Source of the DNA: Ophelia neglecta
Taxonomy: Eukaryota
Assembly: GCA_965285935.1 (NCBI GenBank)
Contig: OZ260664.1
Span: forward strand, 85,808,001 to 85,872,000
Length of the DNA: 64,000 bases
Direction: 5' to 3'
Below, in pieces: positions 37,429-50,000 of this stretch. How positions within the stretch are numbered: the first letter of the stretch is position 1; every line of letters starts with the position of its first letter. The notes beneath the pieces were generated by a model that was not told where the DNA came from, searched no databases, and saw only the letters and a list, made by a program, of their open reading frames with translations. A program made the position numbers and the translations under genes.

Positions 37429-39016
37429 ACGCTGGATCTAGATCGTCCGGTGTCGCGAGTTGCTCAAAGTAGAGTTTCCACGCATTGCACAGTTCATTGG
37501 GATCACGCACTAAAGATCCTCCGATATCTTTAATAGGTACGACTTTCGGCCCCTGTGGCGACCCTCGTCGTTTATTCACCATATGCCAGTAATATCGCTG
37601 ATCGATCTCAGCTGATTTTAAGATTTTTTCCTGCTCTTTCATTTCTTCAGCGTTTTCTGCCGTCCTACGCAGCCTTCTATATTCCCTTTTGGCTTCCTTG
37701 TAAGCCAGTCTCAGTGGATTTTCAATATCCCTGGGCCGGCCTGCTTTTATCCAGTGCGATCTCGCTTCTAGATTGTGTCTTTTGGCCTGGCTTAACTTCG
37801 AACTCCAATATGGTTTGAGATATGGCCGGTACCGCGATTGTGGTATCGATGATCGGCCACACAGCCTCATTGTTTGGGTAATGTCCTCCACATATTTATC
37901 TAGAGCCGCTTCCTGCACCACCTGCACGCTATCGGAGATAGTAGTAGGTATTTGGTCTAAGTATCTAGACATGACATTCGCCAGTTTGGTTTGCAGATTA
38001 GCTGTGTATGCCCGCTGGATTTCCAGCCCATCTGGCCTGTGCCATGCTAGTTTTGCTGGATTGGACGACACTTTCGCCGTACACGGGAACAGGTTGATGT
38101 TAACGGTTATGGACAAAGGTAAATGGTCAGATGTATTTAAACAATCATCATCTATTACCTTACAGCTTAAGATATGTTCTAACAAGACATCAGATACTAA
38201 GATATGATCCACATACGAGCTTGCCATGGTTCCCGTATGGCAATAAGTGTAAGTAGGACCACTCCCTATCACCATATCAGCAATGCATAAACCATAGCTT
38301 TCACATAACATTGATACTTTCTGGGCGTTATTCGTAGTTTTACCAATCCCCCTTTGTCCAAATTCTGGACCAAAATGGCAATTAAGATCACCCAAAAGTA
38401 TCACATTATTATTTTCTGCCCTTTCTTCAATTACTTCATACAATTGATCTAACACAATATCAAAAGAATCAATCACACAAGAAGAGTGAGGTAAATATAC
38501 ACCGACAATACTGAGATTATTTACATTCAGAGATATAATACGGTCTGTATATATTTTACAATTTTCTACATTCGATATACTTTTCCTCCAAAAAATACAC
38601 AATCCTCCATGTCCCAGTATAGTACCATATTTACACGAGTTTAAGTGTCTACTTGACACTGCCATACTATGAAATTCATGGGAAATATTGGAGAGTTTAT
38701 ATAACTCGCAATCAAACAACCAATGTTCTGTTACAACCAGAATATCACTCTGGTTTAGCAGTTTCGTAATATATTCAGATTTACCGTGTACTCCATGAGC
38801 ATTCCAGCATGTTACTCTCAACAGACACAAAGACATAATTATACTTAGCGATATTACAATACACATGACAGGTATGAACCAGTACAGCACCTTCCTGTTA
38901 ATATCTGTTATTATCAAAGTCTTCATTATGGTTATTGCTATTGGTCGCCATATTCGTGCCAGTCCTGTATTTACGTCCATCTCTTGCATACTCTGACCTA
39001 CGGACGTAATCACCAT
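37397..39016 (-). CDS. LINE ORF2 N-terminal part (APE-like endonuclease), ends at a +1 frameshift
   Basis: Endonuclease/exonuclease/phosphatase motifs RVTCWNAHG, DILVVTEHWL, ILLGDLNCHFG, SYVDHILVS, SDHLP. Confidence 0.88.
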   Translation of the reverse strand: MVITSVGQSMQEMDVNTGLARIWRPIAITIMKTLIITDINRKVLYWFIPVMCIVISLSIIMSLCLLRVTCWNAHGVHGKSEYITKLLNQSDILVVTEHWLFDCELYKLSNISHEFHSMAVSSRHLNSCKYGTILGHGGLCIFWRKSISNVENCKIYTDRIISLNVNNLSIVGVYLPHSSCVIDSFDIVLDQLYEVIEERAENNNVILLGDLNCHFGPEFGQRGIGKTTNNAQKVSMLCESYGLCIADMVIGSGPTYTYCHTGTMASSYVDHILVSDVLLEHILSCKVIDDDCLNTSDHLPLSITVNINLFPCTAKVSSNPAKLAWHRPDGLEIQRAYTANLQTKLANVMSRYLDQIPTTISDSVQVVQEAALDKYVEDITQTMRLCGRSSIPQSRYRPYLKPYWSSKLSQAKRHNLEARSHWIKAGRPRDIENPLRLAYKEAKREYRRLRRTAENAEEMKEQEKILKSAEIDQRYYWHMVNKRRGSPQGPKVVPIKDIGGSLVRDPNELCNAWKLYFEQLATPDDLDPAYDNEFRKAGY

Positions 39017-42000
39017 TGTAGTGGTCGTCTATTTGAGTCTGGTCTGACCACCGCTTATTTCGCGCTTTACGGCCTCCTGGCGAGGTTGTTGACCACTCCC
39101 GACAGGAGATCCTTTCTGGCCATACCCCGTCTTCCATTGCCATCTCAACCATAGACTCTGGCACTGATATTTTACATCCAACATGGCTCTTTGAGCGATG
39201 ATTCCTTACCACATGAGCTTTTATTATGTTAATACCTTTCGAATAGGCATATTCCTTTACACAATCGGCGATTTCGGCGTCGCTCTAATCTTCTATCACA
39301 AAGTGGCGGAGGTAGAGAACTTTCATCTGTTGCACAAGGGCCCCTTTTAGGGTCATTTTTCCCTTGCTCTTCCCGGTCTTTCTCCTAGGTCTTACTTCCA
39401 TCCACCCATCGTTGTTTTCTGACGCGATCTCGTTAAATTGTTTTCGCGCTCCGTTTATCAGCAAGTGATACAAATGTACATGAGGAATATTCATAGGACA
39501 GAAAACACTTTCAAATATGTACTGCAAATATCAAAAGAAACCAATATTGAGTGTTTAAACAGATTCTACCGACAAGTTATTTGTCAGATTCTGTATTCTC
39601 ACGTTTATTGTCTTTGTTTTCAGTTTTGTGTGCGTAAACGTGAAAATCTATATGATGTTAGGGGTATTGAGTATAGGCATAGCTATGTACGGTGGACTTG
39701 AGTTTGGTGTCAAGAGGAGAAAAGGTGGAGCTTAATACGATATAGACAAACCCTATCCACCTCTTTCCAAGCTGACATGTACATAGATAGAGACTACAAA
39801 CTCTGTATATACGAGCTATACAGATATATACCAGTGTACCATATATTTCACTCCGCATAATATTACAGTAATGTCCATGACAGCCATTTTTGTCATGATA
39901 TTTGTTTTCGATATTCTGATATATATGTCATCAAACTGCAATAAAACTAAATTTTCATACATATATTTATAATTTCAAAAAAGCATTAAAATATGGGTAT
40001 GCATACCGGTCAAATACCATAAATTACCCAATTGAAAGTCGTACTTGTGTCTGAGCCCAATAGCTAGCGATCTAGGTTCACTCGTATATCTGTTGTGTTA
40101 AGGCTAATAGTAGTGTGAGTCTTCTCCCATTGGTACTTGTTTTTGTTTACATAGTAAGGTCCCTGCCTTCATGTCGAAAGTTTTTGAAACAGGCAACCAT
40201 ATGGAACTAGAAATAGTTAAAACGATTTGGTAGGTCCAAGATGTAAAGGTTCTACCTGTCAGAGCACATTCTTGCACCACAGATCTCGGCTTTGTAATAG
40301 CCTTCCTTCCGACTTGAAAATGGTGTCAATTATAGATTTTAAGTAAACCACCAAAATGTATTTGCCTGAAAATGTGTATTTCTACTTTCCATTTAAATTA
40401 TAGATGCATACCAGGAATACACTAATTTTCAATTCAAATCAATAAACTAATTCAACTCATTGTCAGTCATCATACAATCGCCGACCGAACCTATCATCAG
40501 TATAAAAAGTAGCTAGTAACAATGTGGCAACGCTTCTATTAGTGTTGAATTATCATCTAGCAAAATAGTAGTGGGATAAATCGTGCTATTTTTATGCATA
40601 TTTCAAAACAGGTGTTTGATGCAAACAGGGAAGACTCGATACGTTATTTTACACAAGAAAATTCCCTCATATAACACAGATACATCACGACACCACTCGA
40701 AACCACTTGTCGAACGAAGTAGGTTTATATTACAAAGGGAAATTTCAATCAGCATGATCAGGTGACAAGCCTGCTTAATTTTATTGCAATACACGTATAA
40801 ATTTCAATTGAGGAAATTCCCTTTCTTTCCAGGAAAGTATTGGTAACTATGTGAGGTCGCTGATGAGAATTTCCGATGATTGTTTATGTCATGTCACGTT
40901 TAATGCTGCGAAAAAAATAGTCAATTGGCAGATTAAATGCGAAGTATTGGTCCTAGGCTCGAGCATAATCACTTGTATGAATGTTAATAATAATGAAAAT
41001 GGTGACGTATTGATTATGAGTGCCCGAAAGGTACAATGATTAACCTAAGGCCAGTTTTATATTTAGGGTCTCACTTTACGAGTCTTAATTCTTTATCCAT
41101 ATTTTTGTCCAAACAAAATATTTCCAGTTCAGTTTTAGGCTAGTGTTTAAACACGGATGTGCGGAGGCTTGGCGGAGGAGGAGGTTATGGATATTGCTAG
41201 CAAAGAAGTCGCTGGCAACGCTAGGGCTAAAGCTGAGGGTTAATGTTAGGGTTAGGCAAAGGTTAAGGACAGGTGTTAATAGGTCTCGTTTTGTGTACTT
41301 ATCTCGGGATTCACCAAGGTAAAGCTTTGTGCTTTCGCTTTTAATCAGAAGCCCAGGGTTAAAACCTCACTGTATGCATATCGATTGAATGAGTTTATCA
41401 CCAATGAGCGGGCACTGATGTCGGCACGCTATTTTAGATCCTCTCTGCGCCTGAGAAAATATTTCAGAATATTAAAAAGTGTATTTTATGAAAATTTATG
41501 TGAAATTATATCTGGTACTCGTTCAAGGAGGGGGTGGGGGTAGGGATCTGGGTAGGTGGTAGTATTTGCTTATACTCCTAGGCCATTTGTGTTTCAGACA
41601 TTAACAATTTAATATCGTCTGTTATATAGGCAATATGTATAGAAAAATACAGGCAGTAATTCCAATAATACAATGGAGTCCTTGGCTCGGCATACTTTGC
41701 AGTATTACCAGTAATACAATGGGGTTCTCAGTTCGCAAAATCAAATCATTCCATGTTTTAAATCCTGTCTACACCTCTCGTCCCACAAAAATACATTATC
41801 ATTAGGTTGGTTAACACTCATGTCATAATGTTTGCAATGTAAAAGATAATTCAACATTTTGAAGCACTCGTTGACGGTTACAATAATAACGAAGCAGTCA
41901 ATACAATTCTGTACAATTATTTATTATAAATTCAATAATATTAAAAAGAATTGCTTTGTATATTTACATGCCTGACATTCTCCACTAGTTGTGTTTTAGC

Positions 42001-42395
42001 ATGGATTTTTTTTCACACTTATTAATTTATATGCATTTTTATTGTAATATTTAGCCACTGTCTCGATTATAATAAAACAGAATATATTAGAAACATAAAA
42101 CCAATACAAGCAATGGCAATTGCTTCATCCACGACAAACGAACAATGGATAACATTGATTGCACAGCTGTTTCTCACTATATTTCTGAAGCATGCACAAC
42201 TAATAAAGAAGTTTTTTACAATGAGTAATGATTTAAATTTGTATTTTAAATGAGCTTGCCAACAATTGAATTTACTAACATGAAAATTGATTTATTTATT
42301 TATAATTAAATACATTGATTCTTCGTAGGCGGTTTCTTACACTAATACCCATCCAAACTTCAGGTGATTATTTTCGACGGAGATATGCTTCCATT

Positions 42396-45300
42396 TTATT
42401 TTGTTTTCTTTTTTTTCCTGCAAGCGCAATATAATATAACACCAATAATTATTAATCCTCCGAGGATTATCAACGCACCATGCCACCAAGACAGTATTGG
42501 TTTGGTATCTGAAAGTATACAAAAATATATATAAAAGTTTACCAATGGTATGAAAAAAAGCCACACCATAGGCTGAACGTACATAGTTTCCAAAACTCAA
42601 TACGGGGAAACTTTATCAAGGCACACATACAATGCCCTTAAACAAATATTCTGCCTGTGCTTAGTACTTAGGTAGGAATGAATATCGGGAGGAAGAATAA
42701 TGTCCAAGAAGTTTGCAAGGAATGGCTTTAATTTGGATCAAAACATAATTAGTAAACACGATTGCTCAATATTAGATTTTGCCAAGTATGTTAAATGTTA
42801 TGCTGCCTACCTACCTAGTATCACAATAAACTCCTTTCGCAAGATATTTCCTCCATCAATATTTGCCGCTTCACAAGTGAACGTTTCGACTTCCTGTTCT
42901 GTTTTAGTCAACAGCAAAGAACTGGTGGTTCTGATCAACTCCGGACGTTCAGTACAATTCTCATTTCGAGTCGCGTAGTCATTCTGTTATTCAAGAAAAG
43001 TAAGATCTGAGTTATAGAGTGATATTTATCCTGTAGGAAGCTATCTTGATTCAGAGCGTCACGCGTTCCATTTCAATGTCTAATATCCCGATTATAATGA
43101 TTTTGCTGAGAACACGCTATGTTTGGTGTTTTACTTTAATCTTTATTACCTTGCAATCTTTATCTATATATATTTTTTATGGTTATTCCGTTTACCGGCT
43201 CAGTTAAGCCAATTCAATTTACAATGAACAAATATCGCAAACTATGTCTAAATATATCACGCCATCAGCATCCTGCAATGCACAAGTAAGCTCGTCAGAA
43301 TAAGTTATAATACGACCGTTGCATTATGTTATCTGAATTTTGTGTGTAGGATAGTTTATGTAATGGGTATCCCTCCCCCCCCCCCCTTCGATGCAAATTT
43401 GGAAGCATAATTTAATCGTTGTCAGTCGTCATTTGTTTCCAAACAACTAACCTCTTACCCTATTCTTAAAGAAGAGGTGATAGTTGTACATTTATATTAC
43501 CACAAACAAATCAGGATGAACACAACCAGCCATCGATACTGATAATACAACTACATGAAAATTTACAATTATTACTTCTATAGTAGTTGCTCGCCACTCC
43601 TTAGATAGCCAGAATGGTTGAAATACAGAAACAGTGATACATGTAATTGATAAGTCGCAAGTGGTTGTATGAGGACGAAAGCCTCTTGTATTGTACCTGA
43701 GGTATAGGAAATCGAGTTCCATTGCTCCACGAAATGTTTGGTGAAGGGTATCCGCAGTCCGATTGGCAAGTCAAATTGAATACTTGACCTGCCTTAACCT
43801 CCAACGGCACAGTTGTATCAGGCCAAGTGGTTATACTGCTGATTTCAACTGAATACAAAGTTTAAAGTACTGGTTAATAACGAACAACAGCTTTTGATTG
43901 ACCAGATCAAAATTCAAATTATTGAAAGTAGATGATTTATATAGATTAATTTGATGAAATTTTATTTCAAATATAATAATAATGACCTGCCACAATATTT
44001 TAGATTTTTCCCAATTTATCAAAGTTTCTTCAATTCACAATTACATAAAAAGAAATAGCAACAAATATCACGCAGCACGTACAACTCATTTGTTTGGCGA
44101 CCGATGCATTAAATGTTACACCAGGCCTCATATTGGATAAAGTTCACACACAGTCTTAATGGCAACTCAACTTATATAAAGAATAACATACTGGAAGAGT
44201 AAGTGTATACATGCTCTGTAATAAATTTGTAAAGGTTGATTTCCTTCATGCATCATGCATTTCTTCTTTAATTAAATACATTTCCATCCTCTCATTACTA
44301 ATTACATATAATTTTAGGTTTTGACATGATTTAGATTTTGTCATGTGTCCCGGAACCCTGCTTGGGACCTTGTTTGTTAATTGCTTTTCCCTGACAGCTC
44401 CCGGCTGGCGCTAGGCATTGGCCCATTGGGCTTTGACCCACTGTGGGGCCGATGCTTCTTGCTGTCAATAAGATTGTATATAATATCAACTGGTTAGCTG
44501 CTGCTTTGTTTGCCTGGTCTATATATGTACATGTGCTTTATGATTGACGAATATACTATTCCGACTGCCTTAACTGCCTTGGCTGTGCATAAAATCGACT
44601 GCCTTTACTGCTGTTTTGTTTGTATATGTATGCCTGGTCTATGTATGTGACTGTGCTACACCATTGACGGTTATACTATTTTGACTGCCGTTAACTGCTG
44701 TTTTACATGCGCTTGTATATATTATCTTGTTATGGTGCCAATTGTCTTATGTTTAAATACACCAGTCGACTTTTCCTTTCGGTGGTTCTCACGATAGCGT
44801 TCTTCTATAGAACGTAGTGGTATCTCCCAGACCAGTAAAATGTGTTACATGTTTGTTTCCTGTTTGTCTTATAAGAGTAATCTAGCTTACTATAGTAAGA
44901 ACTGTATTCACCATGTAATGTTTGTTTTGTTCTCTAGTCTAAATAAAATAACCTGAATCTGATTATTGGGAACGAGATTCTGAATTACACTGTAGCTTTA
45001 TTTGAATAATAAAACACTTATGATGAATGTAGCTGGCTGAGTGAATGTATTCATTATGCCCAAACCCTCATTTTTCGATTTCGGGGATACAACGCAGGGA
45101 TCTGCGATAGAGCTGACCGACTTAGTTTTATTTTGGTTGAATCGAACACTTACCGTACACGTCAATGTAGACCGAACTGCGCAAAGTGTCCACATCACAT
45201 TGCCATACACCGTTCCAAGTGGCATTCCGATATGCTTGTATTAGAAGTGTGCAGTTACTACTAAGCCCAGGGGCGAGCGTACAATTAGTACAACTAGCCT

Positions 45301-46795
45301 GCTTCACGACATCGGAAAGTCCATTCACATGACATCCATGCGCAACATTCCTATTGAAAACAATAACAGCGAAAGATGAATTAAACAGTGCTGTCATGAT
45401 TATTGATTACTAGAAAATGACTGCTTTGAAAACATAGTGCATTCCAAATAATAATGTTATGAAGGTATCCCATTTCAAACAAGAACTGGTCAATCTAACA
45501 CGGAGCCAGATGATAACTCGCACAGCTAGCGTTCATTAATCCACATTAGGAGAAAGATATTTCAAACCCTTACTTAGCGGAACCCAGGGGAAATCCAGGG
45601 CACACAAGTGATAACACATAATCAAACCAAAAAGTAAAGCCATCGAGGTCAGGCCAACCAAGAAAAACCTTGAAAGTGACATGGCAATTTCCATCAAAAC
45701 AAAATGAGAGAACTAGCAATCTTACTAAAACTGAAAGATAGTGTTTGTTGTAGCGCAACAGGGCCGAGGCGAGGAGGGGGGGGGGGGGAGGAGGCAATAT
45801 TAAGACCAATGATCAGAGCATAATATTTAATGGCCATTTGTCTACCACACTTGGAGTAACATTCCTGACACCGCTTTACAGTAGGGTCGAATGTCTATCA
45901 TGCACGAAAGTTGGTGTAATTAACCCGGCCATTTAATAACGTACACTTTCCATACTACTAATTAATAATAATCACTAGTAATTGTTTAGGTGATCCAAAG
46001 TTTCTGATATGCATGTTAAGTTAGCGCTGTTTACCCAGACGTCCTCATATCCAACATACTTCATACAGCTAACTATAAGTACATTTATAACCACCTTAAT
46101 TTATTTTGTCCAAAAATGCAAAATACCTATGGAAGAAGCCTCCCTACACCTTCCAATGTGTACCGTTGGGTATTCCAGAACTAGGTTTAGATCCTACGCT
46201 TGGAGGTTTAAAATAAATAGTGGAAGTCTGACAGATATTTACGCTGTGTATCAAATGTGTATATTTTTTAGATGCATTTCTTTCATAATGACCCCGTTGT
46301 CAAAGCTACGGGGACAACCCCCTGCCTAAAATAAAAGTCCCCGCCCTCCTTTTTTTACTAATGACATTACCTTCGGATACCATATTCTATCATAATAGCA
46401 ACTTCGAGTCGTCGAGCTACAAAATATGTTATCGCTTCTGCGATACAATACATATTTTAAGCATCGTTTTTATGGTAAGGTCAATGATAGTTGGAACTTA
46501 CTTGGACGAAGGTGGTTTAAACCACTGTTTATCAAAAAGAGAAGGACCAGTGCAGGTAAGAAGAACCATATCCCCCTCCATTGGTGTACTGTCGTTTGTG
46601 GTGATAACCACGGACTGGATCACTGAAATAAAGTCAAGATAGCGGACGCGACTGATCACAAACATTTAATTAATGAAAACAAATTTCATCATTCTTGAGA
46701 CGACACGCGGTGATTAAGAATGTTTTAAAGAAGGAATGATAACCTGGCAATGAGATCAAAAGGAATGATATCCGCTTTATTATTATAGCCTGCAT
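42396..46795 (-). CDS. Gene B: two-Ig-domain single-pass membrane protein with a 7-residue basic tail, 267 aa, 6 exons
   Basis: Exons 46795-46744 (signal MQAIIIKRISFLLISLP), 46622-46502 plus 45350-45154 (V-like Ig: EGDMVLLTC...QWFK...GVWQC), 43848-43697 plus 42983-42815 (C2-like Ig: FNLTCQSDCGYPSPNISW...FTCEAAN), 42508-42396 (TM ALIILGGLIIIGVILYCAC then RKKKKTK*). All junctions are GT-AG with compatible phases. Confidence 0.85.
44511..44700 (+). repeat. Diverged direct duplication (about 70 bp, 120-bp period) inside a probable TE remnant in a gene B intron
   Basis: TGCCTGGTCTATATATGTACATGTGCT...TATACTATTCCGACTGCCTTAACTGC at 44511 recurs as TGCCTGGTCTATGTATGTGACTGTGCT...TATACTATTTTGACTGCCGTTAACTGC at 44631. 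Confidence 0.65.
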
Positions 46796-47029
46796 TCTTT
46801 AATGTCCTGATGAACATACAGGTCTTGATCTACTCTTTCGCTCTATGCAGGTGTGCATAGTGCCTGAATAATGTTGAACTGTCGACTATTGCGCGTTGCG
46901 TTCTTGGGCGCGCATTTGGATAAACAGCCTGAACGTTATTTTGAAATCTCTAAACAGAAATAGTTGAGAACTAACTGTTTGTAGAAGATAATATTACTTC
47001 TCAATCTGTTCTCTCTTGACAGGATAACC
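46796..47029. promoter_or_regulatory. Candidate bidirectional promoter / 5'UTR region between head-to-head genes B and C
   Basis: Only 234 bp separate the two divergent start codons. Promoter activity is inferred from geometry, not from a recognised motif. Confidence 0.5.
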
Positions 47030-50000
47030 ATGATTAACGCGCTCGCCTGTTTGATGTGTCTATTGAGATTACTAAGTTCAGCGGGTAAGACACAACTTTC
47101 AAATTCATTATTATATATCGAGCCAAAGAAAATTCTATATGGGGCTATATGTCTCATTCGTTATTCAATTCTAGGTATTATACATTAATCAATTCTATCA
47201 TTAACTTAACTGCAGCAAGCTCGGTCGGCGTCGTATGGAGCTCAGAGTATTATGTCTTGGTGGGAGACAACATCAGCCTATCTTGCTCTATGAACATACA
47301 AGGCGCTTATCGCAAAGCCCAGTGGAATACAGACGCTGTAAATAATCAAGCCTGTTCAATGTGTCATAATCCCGATTCACAATACATCACAGCTATGGGA
47401 AATCCGTGTGATACAAGTCTTAGATACCGAGACGGGGGTTGTGATGGCAATAGAACCTGGATCACCGGGACACTGGATGTGACTATAGACCGATCAGACA
47501 TCAGGGAATGGGTGTGTGTAGGACCTTCGGTCCAAAATCAGGCATCAGAGTCGCTCACAATCCACGAATTCAGTAAGTTTATCTATTGCATGTTTTTTAT
47601 TTAGGATGCATATATAATGGTTGTATGCCATAAATTGCCCTGCCGAATAAACCGCGGTATTTGCATGACCAGCCATGGAATGTAATGTAAGTCCGATTTC
47701 TTCTCCATCTCGAATAAGAATAATACGAGACAGATGTAAAGAACAAAGGGTTGAGATTTCGTTTTGCCAATTTTGAATATATGCTAAAGGATCGTACATT
47801 GCATACAAAGGCGATCGTTTAAACACACATTCGCCTCCTTACTGGGCTCAGTGCTGTCCACTTGCAGAAGAAGTTAGTAGTTTGAAACTTAACTTGCTTT
47901 GGGCATAAATCACTGCCAGCATGTGAGCCTGCGAGCATCTAACCAGTGATATAGCCCATAGTTATAGGTAAGAGGTATGGCTCATTCAAGCAACAGTTAC
48001 ACCGTTATGCTAAAGGCTGGTTTTTAATTTCATCATTAAAATTGTTTAACTAAAATGCAAAATCGGTCAGCTGGGTTTGATTGGAATAGGTTCATGCTGT
48101 CTTAAACAATTCCTGATAACGCAATTCTCTTAAGTCAAATCATAAACGATAAGAACTTTTTTTTTCCAATTTTTTTTGGAATGTTCACCAGGTTCACCCC
48201 ACCTAAAATTCCCAAAAGTCTGTTCTTAAAGCTGTAAGTAAAATTTTGAGTGTGTATAAAGTGACCCCATTCGGTTAAAAATTTGAAAAGCCCTCTCCAC
48301 CCAATATGAGTGGTATAATCCCATATCGGGAAAAAAATATATATGCGCTTCAAATTGACAAGGGCGAAAAAGGGCGTACGCAACGATTTTAAGAAAATAT
48401 TTTAATGCTCTGGACGGTAAACTATAATAACTTAGTAATTCATTGCCGACTCACACAGAATATACAGTTCTAGGGAACTGAACTGTATCATTACCTTTTT
48501 ACATACGAATGCCCTGAGAACTAGGTGTTATTTGGAACATGCCATTCAGTTTGGCATAGAAGTTCTCTGTCAGCAATTTTGCTTAGACTGTGGTACTGTT
48601 ATTTGAAATGTATTAACTTACCAAACATATATATGTACATGGCTTCATTGTAGTGTCAACAAGGAAAGACGTGCAATTGATTTTAATTGAGCTTATATTT
48701 CCTGGCTATCAATCCTGTTTAACTTCTCTGAACCCAAATTCAAAGTATAATGATAAAGGATGTACTGGTATGATTTTAATCGGCGAGGCAGGGGAGGGTT
48801 GGAAGGAAGGGTGTAGAAAGAGCATAAAAGTTTTGGGGCCCAGATTCCTGCTCCCGAGAGATGTTTTGCACTCAATGAGTAAAGACAAAGTTATCTTTAA
48901 ATGCATTTTGCACTTAAAAGGTTACATTTCTCCACATTGAGTGATATTTATGATTTGAGACACAATTTTCTCTGAATTAATGTGACAATATCCATAATGA
49001 AACGCCATTATATTTAGTAGCTGCGTAAAGCTATTAAATATTATATGTGGAAAAACACCAATTAACTAAAACACTTCCGGGAGTACGCCAAGCAGGTTGA
49101 TTGTTGGCGGGTTATACTCAGAAATGATTTATATCATTTAAGGAAGTTATGTTGCCGCTGTTCTATGTCAAGGATCATCAAGAATGCGGAAAGTTTGCTC
49201 TCACACTATAAGTGTTTTCCTCATATAAATAAAATACCCGTCTCTGGTACACCACTGTAAGATTAAAAAAATATACGTTATGTGTACCGTGTAATCGTGG
49301 TAAGTGGCTTTTTTACTTTGCGTATCGCATCAACAGGGCAGATATGAATGGAAAATGGATCAAGACGCATGACATCTCTACCCCACCCACCAGTCTCAAC
49401 GCGTAACACGTGGCAGCGAGTTCTGAATGTACTAATTACAATGGTATGCTGCCCACTTAGACCAGTAGTAATGTAATTCGAGACAGTCCGGACTGTCGGG
49501 AAAGAAACATTACGAAATTTATACAATAAAACCTTTATTGAGTCACTGATGCGACTAATATCTTGCCTAGAAATGTCAAGGCAACGTTGTTTAAATTATG
49601 AGATAAAAGCATCATTGCTACCGAATCCTTGGTTCGACCACCCATGAGCGAAGCCACAAGATAAGAGCATTTTGTTTGAGAGAATTAAATGCCTAAGCAC
49701 AAAATGTCATGTTGCCCTGGACGTCCCAACACGCATTCACGCCTAAATCTAGCCATGATTTATTTTTATTTACAGAAGCGACGTCTACTCCATCAATTGA
49801 CAACTACACCTCCAACGCCGTGCAGGTAGTGTCTGTAAGAGAAAATCAACAAAAGTCATTCACCTGTCGTGTACAGGGTGGCGCTCCTGTGCCAGTTATC
49901 ACATGGTACCAGACCCCAAACACTAACATCACAGACAGCCCCCAGCAGGACTACGGCAATGGCGGATACTCCCTACTGTTGGATATAAACATGACCCGAC

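Larger units (their letters stand above)
35088..39430 (-). mobile_element. Near full-length non-LTR retrotransposon (LINE; APE endonuclease, RT, C-terminal CCHC), antisense in the last intron of the UNC93A-like gene
   Basis: Partial ORF1 at about 39430-39020 (VGCKISVP...WPERISCREW; stop at 39285-39287). ORF2 endonuclease motifs WNAHG, TEHWL, LGDLNCH, YVDHI, SDHLP. RT motifs DTSKAFDKV, QGVFQGG, FADDV. C-terminal CPLCTRCEETTEHFLLSC. The 3' end has AATAAA followed by a (TCAAA)n tail at about 35088-35111. Clade not assigned; 5' boundary approximate. Confidence 0.92.
30456..39735 (+). pseudogene. UNC93A: UNC93A-like MFS membrane protein gene, 8 coding exons, with one in-frame premature stop (pseudogene, null allele or base error)
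   Basis: Exons 30456-30719, 31429-31969, 32089-32175, 32404-32543, 33661-33816, 34166-34277, 34825-34924, 39624-39735. UNC-93 family motifs: KNLILLGVSFLAVFTSYQSLQNLESTLN, ANFYP, FNGIFVAFFQGAQVVGNLISSLVL, CGASFC, NGLEQSFLAGDYTQAFVGC, LWGVGDAIWQT, YRLWQSMG, FVCVNVKIYMML. In-frame TAG at 32448-32450. Confidence 0.88.

Noticed and set aside
35557-38207. Several plus-strand ORFs of 60-144 aa
   Set aside because: Antisense shadows of the LINE ORF2.
46502-46580. Hydrophobic frame IWFFLPALVLLFLINSG as signal peptide of gene B
   Set aside because: No in-frame ATG and a stop right after the acceptor. The other frame gives the Ig A-C strands and joins in phase with both neighbouring exons.
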